Of a stretch of 64,000 bases of DNA, positions 41,206 to 54,028 are shown piece after piece (position 1 is the stretch's first letter; every line of letters begins with the position of its first letter). The translations under genes were made by a program, and so were the position numbers. The notes under the pieces were generated by a model. That model did not search any database. It was not told where the DNA came from and saw only the letters and a list, made by a program, of their open reading frames with translations. The stretch lies in NCBI GenBank assembly GCA_000165425.1, contig CT868042.1, positions 62,001-126,000 on the forward strand. Direction: 5' to 3'. This DNA is from Paramecium tetraurelia. Lineage: Eukaryota.

Positions 41206-42562
41206 TCATAAACTAATGTGGGTTCTACCTCTGATGTTGACACTTTCCCATTGATATTATTTAAAACAGTCTTAATTACAGAACCATTAGCCAATTTCAT
41301 AAAATGCTTAAGCAATATCAATTTGTCTAGCACATGACTGCGATCGACAGAGATACTAAAAATCATATAAATTGATTACTATGTTCTATAGTTTGTAAGA
41401 TTCAAGACATTCCTTTGAACAAAATTCTCGGCCATTATTTCCAATGGCAAATTTTTAATCGAACAATCTATAACATTGATAGCAAGAGGATTTATCAATT
41501 ATAACAGGTTATTAATCAGTCCCTTAAGTTTAATCATAATCAATATCAAACATTTTCCATTCGTTGGCACCTGATAACAGGAACTTCATTTTATTTCTTT
41601 ATTATTCTTCTTTTTTATTCTATCGACTTGATATGTAACCCAATGATTCATCTTCAATTAATATTTCTTCTGTATGTTATATTGCTTATTCCTTCAATTC
41701 TTTCTATTATTTCTGTTATTATCTGTATTCCATAACTGCTTCCTAAAATAATCTTTGTTGTTCCTCCTCATCGTAGATTTCTGAGTTAGCAATCTCTTCT
41801 ATGTGGCTTTAGGATTCTTTTAAACGCTAAGCTTATTTTTAAGATTGAATCAATTGTCTTTCCTCTGTTTCCACTATTTTTTGCACTCGGTTCAATAGCT
41901 TCCTTGCATCCATTGGAGGTATGTTCATGTCTTTGAGATGATCTACTGATATTTCCTTTAAAAGCTCCATCTCATCAAATCCATTTTCAAGTATTACTCC
42001 TGCATGTTTTTCAAGATTAATGGAATTGAGGAATTTGACAACTTCATTAGTGTATTCTAACTAATATAAGTCTGTAAGATTTACATTATTGGACTTGAAG
42101 TGCTCGTTTCAAATTTTCATTTGCTGAATTCTTCCCTGCAAAGCGGAGACTCTACGACAAGAAGCTCTGATTTGATTGTGATGAAGTTTCCGATTGCTTG
42201 CTCTATTTAGAAAGTGAACTAGAACGAGAGGAAGGCCTGGATGGCACTTTGCTTGATTTCTTTTTCTGTTGGAATGTCTTTGCAACTTCCCTATGCTTTT
42301 CTAAAACGTGCTTCCCATAATCTATTTGTAGCAATATAGGAACGTACTTCTAAGAGGAACATTAGTCGAAGCTGCTGACCATCTCGTGGATCCCTGACTT
42401 GTTAACATTCTTTCTTTAGTGGTCTCCTTTTGAGATTGCAATATTTATTTGAGTCCCACGATTCGTTATTCCTACATGGATAAGAAACAATTAAACCATG
42501 ATGTCCACTTCCACTTATAATTTTTGGGTGTTTCCTTTATTTTGACTCTTCTTTCTCATCAT
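41206..42562 (-). CDS. SAM-domain protein with C-terminal CxxC...FCxxxC (FCS/TRASH-like) zinc fingers
   Basis: SAM: 'EVVKFLNSINLEKHAGVILENGFDEMELLKEISVDHLKDMNIP'. Fingers: 'CYQCYR...REFCSKECL' and '..SCARQI...WFCNQDCF'. Confidence 0.75.
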
Positions 42563-42609
42563 TATTTCAATTATTAAAATAAAATTTGGAATCAAATTAT
42601 ACTACTACA

Positions 42610-42693
42610 AATTCCCATAAGTCAACTTAATATCCAGTAATCAAGTAACCATAGATGATTGAGTGATATTAAGGATAATGGGGAATTAAAATA
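42610..42693 (+). ncRNA. Candidate structured ncRNA hairpin (H/ACA-like geometry)
   Basis: Nested inverted repeats AATTCCCAT/ATGGGGAATT, CTTAATATC/GATATTAAG and AATCA/TGATT in an intergenic gap. An ANANNA motif follows 14 nt after the upper stem. Confidence 0.3.
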
Positions 42694-42956
42694 TAAGTTT
42701 AATCATTTAGTTCTTTACTATCAATTATCGTATGCTCTATTTCAAGATGTAATTACTCATAAATTATGTAATATGAAAAATAGTTTAGGTTGAGAAGATA
42801 ATTATGACAACTTTTTTTACTTTGACAAATAGAATTTAAATTTACTATTACGTTTTGTTTTCCTAATTTAATCAAACACATATGATTATGTTGAATACAA
42901 AATAATTATTGAATATTGAAAATGAATGTTAATTTAATAACTAACATAAATAAATA

Positions 42957-44132
42957 TCAATAAAAAATAGTGTTAATATAAAATGATACATGTTTCTTAT
43001 AGAGTGGAGGATTGTTGTAATATTGTAAAAGGTCTAATAATTAAGAAGGGGCATTTTTATCTCTCATTTTCTTAGCGAACTTTGCTATAAATGATCTGTC
43101 TAATCTGTGATTAAACTTGGCCAGATATATGAGTTCGCCAACGTTAAATTAGAGTGTTGTAGTTTCAGGATTCTTGAAATTCTAAGCAAAGTCTTCCTCC
43201 TTGAATTTAGATAATTAATCGTATGTAGCATCTATATATGCTAGTATTAACTCAGGAATGCCACGGATCATTCCACGAACCATCAAATAGTCCCAGCATC
43301 TTATGCAGTCTTCCATTTTGAATATATAAGTGAATAGAGATAAAATCATTTTGCTAAGCCAAAATGAATCACTGATATCACTTAAGTTAAGTTTAGGAAA
43401 TTTCTTTCTAATTTGATGATGTACCAAGTTAGTCAAAAAAAAGTGAAGTGGCATATCGTCGGAGAATGCAAAACACAGAAGGTGTTGTTCATTAATAAGC
43501 ATTTACATAAAGGCTTAAAATACCTGATGTTCATCACAACCAGAGACAATAAGTAGAACAGCACAAATGAAATTCATGCCTTAACAATACCCCATAGATG
43601 GTAATGCATTAGATATTGCACAGAGAATTCTTTTTAATTGATCCTATCCGCAGCTTCGATGCTTAAATAAAGCATAATCTACAAGAGTACGATTTATATC
43701 ATTGATAATGTTAGATATGTCTGTTGGTGCATTTTCCAAATACTTTTCATAACCAATACGAGGTTGGGATTTAGTTAACAAATTCATCCAGCATATCCAC
43801 CTAAATTGCTTAGGTGGACCTAATAAAACTAGTTCATTAAATTCAGGTCTATCAAGTAACGAATTTATAGTTTGTTATGAATCATTGATTGTGTTTAGGC
43901 TATTAACAGCCTCCTACCATCTTGATTGGGCTAATTTATTGTGATATTGAGGCAATGCTTAACCACATTGGAAATGAGCGAAGAAATCTGGGTTGTTTTC
44001 TTTTTCAACAAGTGTTTAGATGCAAGAGCCAGATCTCAGGTCTTCCCTTTTCCATTTTGATTTAGATTTTGGGGTGGTGTGATGAGTTCCATTGACAGGT
44101 ATTTCAGCTAGGCAGACATTATTATTTCCCAT
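42957..44132 (-). CDS. TBC-domain Rab GTPase-activating protein
   Basis: 'GPPKQFRWICW', 'IINDINRT' (Arg finger), 'GYCQGMNFICAVLL' (Gln finger, with Q encoded by TAA) and 'CIRCWDYL'. The N-terminus MGNNNVC suggests acylation. Confidence 0.9.
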
Positions 44133-44169
44133 TGATAGATAAATAAAATTATTGTTAATTAGATGATGA

Positions 44170-44724
44170 TCAATTAAAATTAAAAATCTCGTTAATTAGA
44201 CAATTGGCTTTATCCAGAGCCTCAGTATTTGTTTTGACTTTCTTTTTTGATGCTTTAATAGGTTCACTAGATTCATTTGTTTAAGAATTGTCATCATAAT
44301 TTTGCAATTTGATTGTTCGTTTTCTTAAATTGATTGTGTTTTGATCATTTTCATTGCTAATTTTTCCTTTTGAAGGAGATTCCTTTTTTTAGGTCTTTTT
44401 AGATTTTTTGCTCACTTTTATTTATTCGGCAAATTAACGCATTATCAGATTCTCCAAGTCATCAAGGGAATCACATAAGGCTTGTTTATTTAGTTCGGAA
44501 TCTTAGAACTAATCTTTGATTGATTTTATCTTATCATGAATGGGCTAATAGTCTTGTTCAACTTCTTTAAACATATGTTGCAATTTCAAGATTTCTTGAT
44601 TTTTTTCAAGTGCACTTTGCTTCAGTTTGTTCAACTCTTTTATGACTAGAATATGATATTGGATGTTACTTTCTTGGTTTTCAGAATAAATTTGCTCGCA
44701 TTGCTATTAGAAAGACTCGATCAT
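44170..44724 (-). CDS. Hypothetical coiled-coil protein (184 aa)
   Basis: Uninterrupted code-6 frame MIESFQQQCEQIYSE...INEIFNFN-TGA (555 nt). Confidence 0.6.
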
Positions 44725-44757
44725 TATTATTATGACTGTTATTTAATATATTATATA

Positions 44758-47700
44758 TCATAATAATCTTGATAACGCATATAAAATTTGTGAACCCTCC
44801 TAGAATTTCGGTTTTAATTATTGTTTAACATAAGTATTGGGGAATTTCCTTAAAGTTTTCAGTAATTATAGAACATAAGGCATGTTTTCATTAGTATTGA
44901 TTTATTGGACAGCATAAGTGATTGTGTCAGGTATTAGTTCTTTCATTTAATATCTGACAAATTGCAATCTTAAAAGTATACCATATTGATCAAATTTAAT
45001 GTACTTCTGTACATATTACTCTTTGTTGTTTTTATTAGTATAAGTGTATGTTAAGGCAAGGATATGAGCTAAGCGAATATAATTGATATAGATACCTAGA
45101 CGATTCAATTCACAAGGAGAAGCAAGATCGAATGTTTCAGTTTGAATGCACTTCTCAAAATATTATTTAGAGAGAGAGAAGAACCTTTCCAAAACAGCAG
45201 AGGAATAAATCTATTCTTGTTGATCCTTGATTGCCTTCTTAACTATTTTCAAATGGCATTCTCGAGCCTCCTAAATAACGCTTTAAACACCCTTGTTAAA
45301 AAGCTAATTCAGAAGCAGATCCTATTATCTATAGAATAATCATTATACTTTTTTATCATGCCATTAAAGGAATTAACTATAACTCTTCGATAGTTGTTTC
45401 AATCCTCCGTCTATTTAGTTGATGTCGATAATTAGTTTCTCATAAGTAATAGTTAATTGTGACTTAAACTTTGAAATATCAAGTCCTTTCTCTTGGGATA
45501 AATGCACCAATTGCAAGGCCAGCACCTTGAGTTCAGTATTGCCCTTGTAATTCAGGATGCGTATAAGAGAGCCGACCAATTTGAGAATGTAGATTTAAAG
45601 TTACTGTTCTTCAGTGAATCTTATTAGTATTTTCATAAAGTCGAAGGCATACTTGAACATCTCCTCTTTGCCAAACACAAAGCAATCGATGAGCATTGAA
45701 ACATAGGGTTCTATTCCAGCACCATCTTAGGTGTTCAGACTAGGTATCTGATGGATGTGGATTCGATTCGTGAAACAAGTGTGTAGGTTACGCATATTAT
45801 CGAAATGATATTGCTTATCTAATGTGTTATTAATTGCGTAGATGATTTTGTTGGCTAAATTATAGAATTTCTCAAGTTATTGCTTGGAAAGGTTAGCTGA
45901 TTACAAATATAAGAAAGGAGCTACCTTCTCGATAATAGCTTGAGAGAATTGTTGATGATCCTCAGATGTATTTTACAAGAAGTATTACAACACTTCTAAT
46001 GGAATAAGAGAATGTTTATAATCAGTAGGCTGTGTTTCAGATTCAAAGATTGGTTTACTTTTAGTTTATAATTGTCGAAGAATATCTTCTACAAATATTG
46101 TTAAGGAATTTTCAATATCAGATTTGATGTGAATACTCAATTATTGAATACAATACAGGAGAGATTCAGTCCTATCATTCCATTCGTTATGATCGTTGAA
46201 ATCAGCACATGAATAGAGATCATTAAACAATATCTGGATCGGTATTTTGTTATCACACTGTTTATACATGACACTAGCGAAGGTGGATGCATTATTAGTG
46301 AGAATATCAATTTTGAATTGATGTAGTGGTGGTACCAAAATCAACACCATCAAATAATGCTATATTAGAGTTTAATTCAATGAGCACAACCTGGAGAACA
46401 CTTCTAAATAGCCAGAATACCGAGGATCAAGTTCACTCATATTAGATAAGTCAATCAAATATGGTTCAATGATCATTTCCACAAAAGTAGTCTATTTAAC
46501 CTTATTGATCATTGAACCAATTGATTAAAACAATTACGATTTAATCAGGTTATCTTTGCAGAAGATGTATAATCTTGAAAATTCAATAAATTGATCTCTA
46601 TATCTTGTAGCGATATTCAAAGAGATATGAATATAAATCTGATTCAATACAGAATAAGCCCCCTTGACTAATGATAAATTATCTTAGTAATTCTATAGGA
46701 CATAGCCTAAATGATTGAATGCTTCATTCATCTAAGTCTCACCATACTTTTCACAGAAATTTCTGATAGTGTTGATACCATTTTACACAACACTTTCTCT
46801 ACTCATAATATTACACAATTAAATAACATATTGTTTCAATCCACTCTTCAAAGTTTTGGGAGTGTTATCTATATATTCCATCCAAATAGCCACTGCATTT
46901 TATCTGACAACATCTGTGACATCTTATTACATGGTGTATAATGTCATTAGATTCATATAATATAGATCGATGTTGATGTACTGGAGACTATCTGGATTGT
47001 TCAATTGAGCAAACACATACTTCTGAGTCATTTTGAGCATTTCCCCACTCAAAATAGTTCCTGCATTTCGTTTTTTGGCATCCTCATTTAACATATTCTC
47101 TGTCAATGATAGATACAATAATTCATTCTATAAAATACAAAAATTCTTAATTAAAATCTTCAACACTCTTAATGTGATACTACTTACCACCTCATCTTCA
47201 TGACTAACACATTCATAAACATTCTCAATTATGTCCTTCACATAATTTTCAAATTTCTATTATAAAATGCTTGGAATATAAATAAATATCCCAATATACC
47301 CTTCCTTAACAAATATTTCTGGTCTCTGAATCTAACTGAAAATAAATTTTAATTGGTCCTCCAAATAGTTATCTCCATGAATACAAGAAATCTCAGCAAA
47401 TGCATGAGCTGCACCAGATCTCTTATTCGAACTAGCCTCCTTATTCTCTAATACATCCCATATGAATTTAAAGAAGGTCTTAGTATATTCAATTCCGATC
47501 TTTTTGGATACTTGACCTATTGCCTTTGCTGCAATTGTCCTGACTTCTAACAGCGGATCCCCTATCACTACCTCCAATCCACCCACAATTAAATTCATAT
47601 ATGGTACTAGATCATCACTCTTCTAGATAAGATGAGGTAATCCTCCTATTAAAATAGAAGCTTGTCTTCTTTAATTACTATCCTATGCTCTGAGACCATA

Positions 47701-50700
47701 ATCGATGATGGGAATCAATAATGACATGGCTGGAGCATCGATGTAATGTCTGAACTTTGTTTCCAATACTACTGATAGTCCTCTTAAATTTTCATCATAG
47801 GGATTGGATAATGAAATGATGAGTATGTCTGCAATACTTGAAATTTCAGGATTCTTAATGGTCGATCCTATTTCATTCAATGATTTATTGGCTTCTGCTT
47901 TTACATCAGGATGAGTATCAGAAATTGCTTTGGAGATGGAATTGACAATCTAAGGAAGACAACTTGACAATTGTTTTGGTGAGCAATGTGCCAAATGGCC
48001 TAATGCCCAAATGATGGCCACTTTCACTCTCCATTGAGTATCTGAATCCAGAACCTCGAGTAATTTTTGAAGCACAATCTTAACACCATAACTCGAGAGA
48101 GATTACAATAATCTATTTGCATTCGCCATGGCTAAGTTACGCACTTCCACTTTTCCTTCTCCAAAATACTTAATCAGCAACTCCATAACTTTCTCCACAT
48201 ATGGTTCTAATGTCTTCTAAAATAACTCAATCAATGCTTGTAATTATATGAGAACATTAAACTTATCCTCTAGAGTCTCCTTTCTATCTTTCACTTCCAA
48301 TAAATCCAAAATACCCAACTGCTCCACCATTTCTATACCCAAACCTTTTATTAATCCTGCTATCATATAAGCATTTCCTCTCTTTACTTTCTCATCCTTC
48401 TCTTACTTGTTAGTTCTCAATAATTCTTTAACTAAATTTTCAGTATCTGGGAACAGATTCAATAATTCTTATAATGAACGAGCTAATTCCAATTATGAAT
48501 CGTTGTCACTGCTTCTAAACAATTAGACAATCTATTCTTAAGTTTTCACTTAGTTGTGTCCTTGTAAAAACGAAGACAAGACACCCAAAAACGTTATGGC
48601 CCGTATAGAAGCACAGGTATTTTTGGATTGGAGATGGTTTTCAATTTGATTCAAGATATCATTAGAGTTTTCTTTACCTACACTTCTGATTAATTAGACT
48701 CCAGCCTCCCTACAGAGCACAGCTAAATTTTATCTTTCTGGAGTAGATGAATATTGAATTAACAAATCAATGGTCTTGCCAATTAATTGTTTAGGGTATG
48801 TGTTTAATTACTTACTAACGAATTGGGGGAAGAATTCCAATTATTCTTCTTATAATTGCTAATCAACAATCAACTTAGATGCTGCTTACAGTATCATCTC
48901 TGGGAATCCATTGACGTCATTTAATAAATTGATCATGATTTCACTATGTTCCCTTGGATACTTCTTCAAGAATCCCACAAGGTCCCATCTTTGGATTTAG
49001 TTCAATACCTTAAACTCCTTATCCACAAAGGGTAGGGCAGCCACTTTTGTTTCTTCGAATTGAGCCAACACTCTGACTTTGATATGAATGTCAAAGTTAT
49101 CTGGTAAATTAGGTATTGTTCTCAAAATTAGATTTTAGGCTTCTGGCACAAGATTAAAAATGTTATTAAAGAATAATTGATAATGTTCATCACTGTCTTT
49201 GTTAAAGATCAGTTACAACACTTAATCTGCATTCTTGGCATGTCCACAAATGTTGATATTGTGAACAAAGGGTGTAAAGTATTCAGCAATTGGCAATTAC
49301 TCCTTATATTTCAGAATGATGGCAAAAGCCTTAAACTTGGTAGTCTAAGTAAATGAATTTTGGTTGATAATGTAGAGGTTCATCAAATGAATTAGATGGA
49401 TGGGTGGGTTTTTGATGTTTTTCATAAGGCAATCTTGAAATTAATGGATTTTTTCTAGTGTGACATCATTGGGGATGGAATTCAAACTGCGTTCCAAGAA
49501 GAAGTAAGTGAGAGGCCACTTGAATTGCTGTAACAAGGGAATAGTCTCAAAATACTTTAGTAGGAACATACAACTGTCATATCTAGTGGACATTTCTTTA
49601 GTGAAGGCAGATATCTTATCAAAGTATTTTGTGATGAATTACTCTTTGGCCTTAGTGTGAAGAAGTCCTTCAAATAATTGTAAGCACAATAAGTATTTTT
49701 GACACAACTTATTCTTTTATTTCAATAACATTTGTTACTTTTCTTCTCCTTCATCCATTAGAACTAGGTTATTGCTTTCAAACTTTTTTAGTTCTTGCTA
49801 CAATTGTAATTCAGCTTCGTCTACTGGCTTATCGTCAGTCATCAATTTCAATCCGGATTGCTATAAAGCTGTATGGTCGTAGGATTCGATTTCAACCTAC
49901 TACAATTATTCATCTAAGTGATCTATACTGTTTAATCTGTTAATGTTCAATGGATTAAACCATTCTTGAATGGGTTAAACAATTTAATTGAAGTATCCTT
50001 ACTCAACCAGGAGTCTGCAATAATTAACTGTAGATTGAACTGTGTAAGGGTTATTGCTCATTAATCCGCGATTGGTAAACCAACTCAGGGGATTCACATT
50101 GACTTCATATTTTGGTAGCTTAAATTGAAATTGAGAAATAAATGCATGAGAAAAGGTAGTGTAAATGTACTTGGGTTATTTAATGTGGGTGTTTCCAATT
50201 TGAACCATGATAAATCTAACGAAGTGTATCAATCTATCCTTCCTGAAATTGATTCCTTCTCCTTAGTGGGGGTTGACATAATACAGAAATTCATGCAAAG
50301 CCTTAAATATTTTATTGTAGAGCACATTGATTTCGATTGATTTGAATGGTGTTAATAGTTTTAGAGATTGCTTGACATTCACACTATTTTTAACTCTACT
50401 GCTGAATGCTATCAAGATGATCAATGGCAATATATAATTGAATTGATCCTTCTCATCAAATGTGATTGCTTAATACAAAAATAAACAATCCAAGAATAAC
50501 TAACTCTCATTTTAACATGATGGTGAAATCAAATACTTTAATTAACACAAATGACTCTTTGGGTTGAAGATCTCTGTGTGTTTATTCAGATTTTCATTAA
50601 TTGCGATCATCAATTTGGCTGGAGCATCATCTTCACAGAACAGTGCATATAAAACAACACATTTCAATTGAGCTAAAAACATGACTGGCTATGTAATTAC

Positions 50701-51767
50701 TTTAGCAAAGTTCTTAAACTAAAAATATGTTATAAATGAACTTACATTTGCAGCTAATCCACTAATAATCTATTCCATAATGGATTCCAAGTCTTTACTA
50801 TTCGATTCATATTTCTTCTCCAATAGCCAATCCACAACCAAAAGTGAGACAAAGGTATTCGTGTACTTATTGATGTTTAATAACTTCTTTAGGTGAACCC
50901 AATTACCCAAAGGAACTTAAAGATCTCGCATTCGTGCAATCAAATCAAATACTTTTTAATCATCATTCAGAATTGTGGCCAAATTATATATGATATCAAC
51001 TTACTTTTGGCACTTATGAGGAAGAGTACCAAGAAACGCAAATTTTCTATTCTCATCATGAATACCCTAAGTCATCTTAGCCACGAATTAAACTGCAACA
51101 GTTAAATCCCCTCTTACACAAGAATGTGCTAATTTCAAGCAAGTGATCGATAGATCATTCTTAATAAACTCAGACAATGCATTATGAATTGCTCCTAATT
51201 ATGGAGTAATATCGTATTAGGTGTCAACTAATTCACTGAGCACAATTTAGAGGGTGTCCAGATTTTATTCTGATCTCTTAAGAAGTCGCAGACATTATTC
51301 AAGGCATTGATTAGTTAAATTATCCTATAATGCCTTATAATATTGATTTTTGAATGTGAGTGAATCTTGAATAGGATTAAAATAGACATACCGCTCTTTC
51401 TTATTTTGGAGTCAACAAAAAACTCTTCCTTTAATCTATCAAATAATTATTAACCTTATTGTTGGGATGCTAAAATTAATGTGTTTTTCTTATTGAAGTC
51501 GACAACTTCGAGGGGCGCAGTTTCATTGATTTTTAACTTATGCTTCAATTTAAGTTGGAAATATTGAGGGGTTTAATGCGGTTTGTGAAGCATTCTCAGC
51601 AATCTTTTGACTTTTTGAGACTCATAATTTAAGTTTTCAATCTTTTGGAATAAATCAGGGTATTACTCTGAGGGAAGAGATTATAAATAGTATCTCAATT
51701 AAGAATTAGGCTTAATGTAGGAATATCGAAATCGTTATAGCAGTTCTTCATAATCAAGTTACTCCAT
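44758..51767 (-). CDS. GCN1: GCN1 eIF2-alpha kinase activator (HEAT-repeat protein)
   Basis: 'KRGNAYMIAGLIKGLG', 'EPYV', 'LSSYGVKIVL', 'WRVK..LGHLAHCSPKQLSSCLPQIV..ISDTHPDV', 'IKNPEI' and 'FRHYIDAPAMSLLIPI' are characteristic GCN1 HEAT blocks. About 7 kb. Confidence 0.92.
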
Positions 51768-51851
51768 TAATTAAATTTTAATTTATTTAACACTCGATAA
51801 AGATGAAGAGAGTATATGTGTGAATGTTTAGAATATATCGTATCATATGTA

Positions 51852-53254
51852 TCATTTCTTCTGCAGCAGGGCAATCACTCTCTCCATCAGATCCTTGATG
51901 AAAATAGTAGTTTGAGTATTCGGAATCTACGACGTATTCTACTGATACTCGACCAATAACTAGAGTGGATAGACATACTCTTTACTTGTTCAAGATCCTC
52001 ACTCCTGCTGGCCTCAATCTTATTCATGAATTCATCAGTCAGCTCAAAGATTTGATTGGTCTATCTAAATTGCATAAGTGCTGTAATATACATTCATCGG
52101 ACTTTATTTGGGCAAGGGAGTCGAATAGGCCCCACTCTTTCCGCATTCCAATCCCAACTGACTAGACTCATTGTTCCCGAACATAAACAAAGCCCCATTC
52201 TTAGTAAGCACAGCCGAGTGGTGTCTCCCACAAGCTATCATCTCTCCATGGATCTGCAACATCTATGGAGCGTCTTGTTGTTTGTAATCTCCCAATCCCA
52301 ATTAGCCAAATTGACCAGATCCAAAGACATACACTGAACCATTGTTTTGCAATGCCATGCTGTGAGCTTCTCCACATGCCACATCTCGAATGGAGGACAA
52401 AGAACTGATTTGATTTGGTTTACTGCAATCATTTGAAGTGCCATGTCCCAATTACCCTTGCAATCCACGTCCCCAGGAATAGAGATTGCCTTGAGTATCA
52501 ATTGCCAATACATGGAATGTGCCCAAGGCCAGTTTAGCTATTTTGAGATTGCCAAGTGAAGTTATGGGAGATGGCAATTTCATACACTTGGCAAATGCAT
52601 TCTATCCCAGACGACCAAATTCATTGCTACCCCATGAGAAGAGACGACCTTCTTCGTCTATGGCCATTGTGTAATTATGCTATGCATAGATATCAACAAT
52701 TCGAGGGAGATTGTCCGAATCTAATTGGTGAGGAATAGCAACAAATTATTCTGAGGCATCGAAACCCAATTGCTAATAAGCATTGGAACCCCAAACGAAA
52801 ATCTTGTTTTCCTCCTCAACTTCAATTAATGCTACACTGTGATCCAATCCCACAGCTATCTTTTACAATTGCCATCCATATTGCGAGGCTTCACTGAAAA
52901 TGTCAAACAAGGTGGGAGTATTCACTGAGTTATTCATGCCCAATTTCCCTTATTTGTTTGAACCACTAATATCATTAATGAACACTCTCTTACCATCCAA
53001 AAACCTGAGTGTCTGACCATGCAAACCAATGCTCCTTTGAAGCTGCTATCTACTCAATATCCTGGAGTTCCAATTGTTTGGGGATCTGAATCCCCTATCC
53101 CCACATAAACACTTTCTTGTGGATTGTGATACAAAATGTACTCTCAGCTCCACAAGTAACCTTCGATTAGAATTGGGTATACGTATTGAAGTTATTCTTG
53201 AATTGCACTTTAGGTTGGAGTACACACTCTGTTTTATTTGGATTCTTGCAACAT
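51852..53254 (-). CDS. RCC1-repeat protein
   Basis: 'VTCGAESTFCIT..KVFMWGQG', 'IAVGLDHSVAL...IFVWGSNAYQQLG', 'FVVWDR/GQQ', 'ACGDTTRLCL..GALFMFGNN'. 22-nt intron near 53161-53182; TGA at 51852. Confidence 0.8.
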
Positions 53255-53264
53255 TATTTAGTTA

Positions 53265-54007
53265 ATGAATTAATTAAATAGTGATCTGAAATCATAAATC
53301 ATCGAGTATTTTGAAGAACTCTAAAACAAATTGAATCACATCGGCTACTCAAACATACGTGTTATGTTACCAGATGATATTGCAGTAACATTTAAATACA
53401 TCACTCGCATCCTAGATTAATTTATAGAGTAAATACTAATTATGTACATTAAAGATTACATTAAGAGATGACAGAATAATATGAGTTGTTGGAACATTCA
53501 CTATAAAAGATTGAATCCGAAAATCGATATCATATTCATGTTCATTTTATCATTTATGTCAGATAGAACAAAGATTGAAGATTCATTGCGATGAATTAGA
53601 AGAGACTCTGTTGTAGAAAGACGATCAATACAAAATACTTCAGATGAAGATTGAGGTAATCATCCCTAATACTTTAAGCTGTATGAAAGATAAATCATGC
53701 AATTAAAAAAAGAAATTGATGTCGCATCAAGGAGACGAATAGAAACTGAGAAGAGTGTAACTGATACTCAATCAAGAGTAAACATATCTACTTACAGAAG
53801 CAATACTTAATGATAAATGGCATACCCTCATAATCAATATTCAAACAAATATTAAAACCAAAGACTCGAATGCAGACCGAGTCTATAGAGATCAACAAAG
53901 TGAGGTCTATCTCCTCCCTAGACTACAATAACTTTTCGGTTTTAGTTAGAAGGAATGATGAACGAAAAAAGAGATCTTCCACTATTTAAATCAAATAAAA
54001 AAAGTGA
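53265..54007 (+). CDS. Hypothetical coiled-coil protein
   Basis: The frame is continuous across four mini-introns: MNQLNSDLKSQIIEYFEELQNKL...LQKIESENRYHIH/IEQRLKIHCDELEE...KQKK-TGA. Confidence 0.6.
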
Positions 54008-54028
54008 TCTTTTTTAAATATTCAACTA

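Noticed and set aside
42610..42690. SECIS element
   Set aside because: There is no AUGA/GA quartet with a correctly spaced apical AA on either strand, and no adjacent gene has a convincing in-frame Sec TGA.
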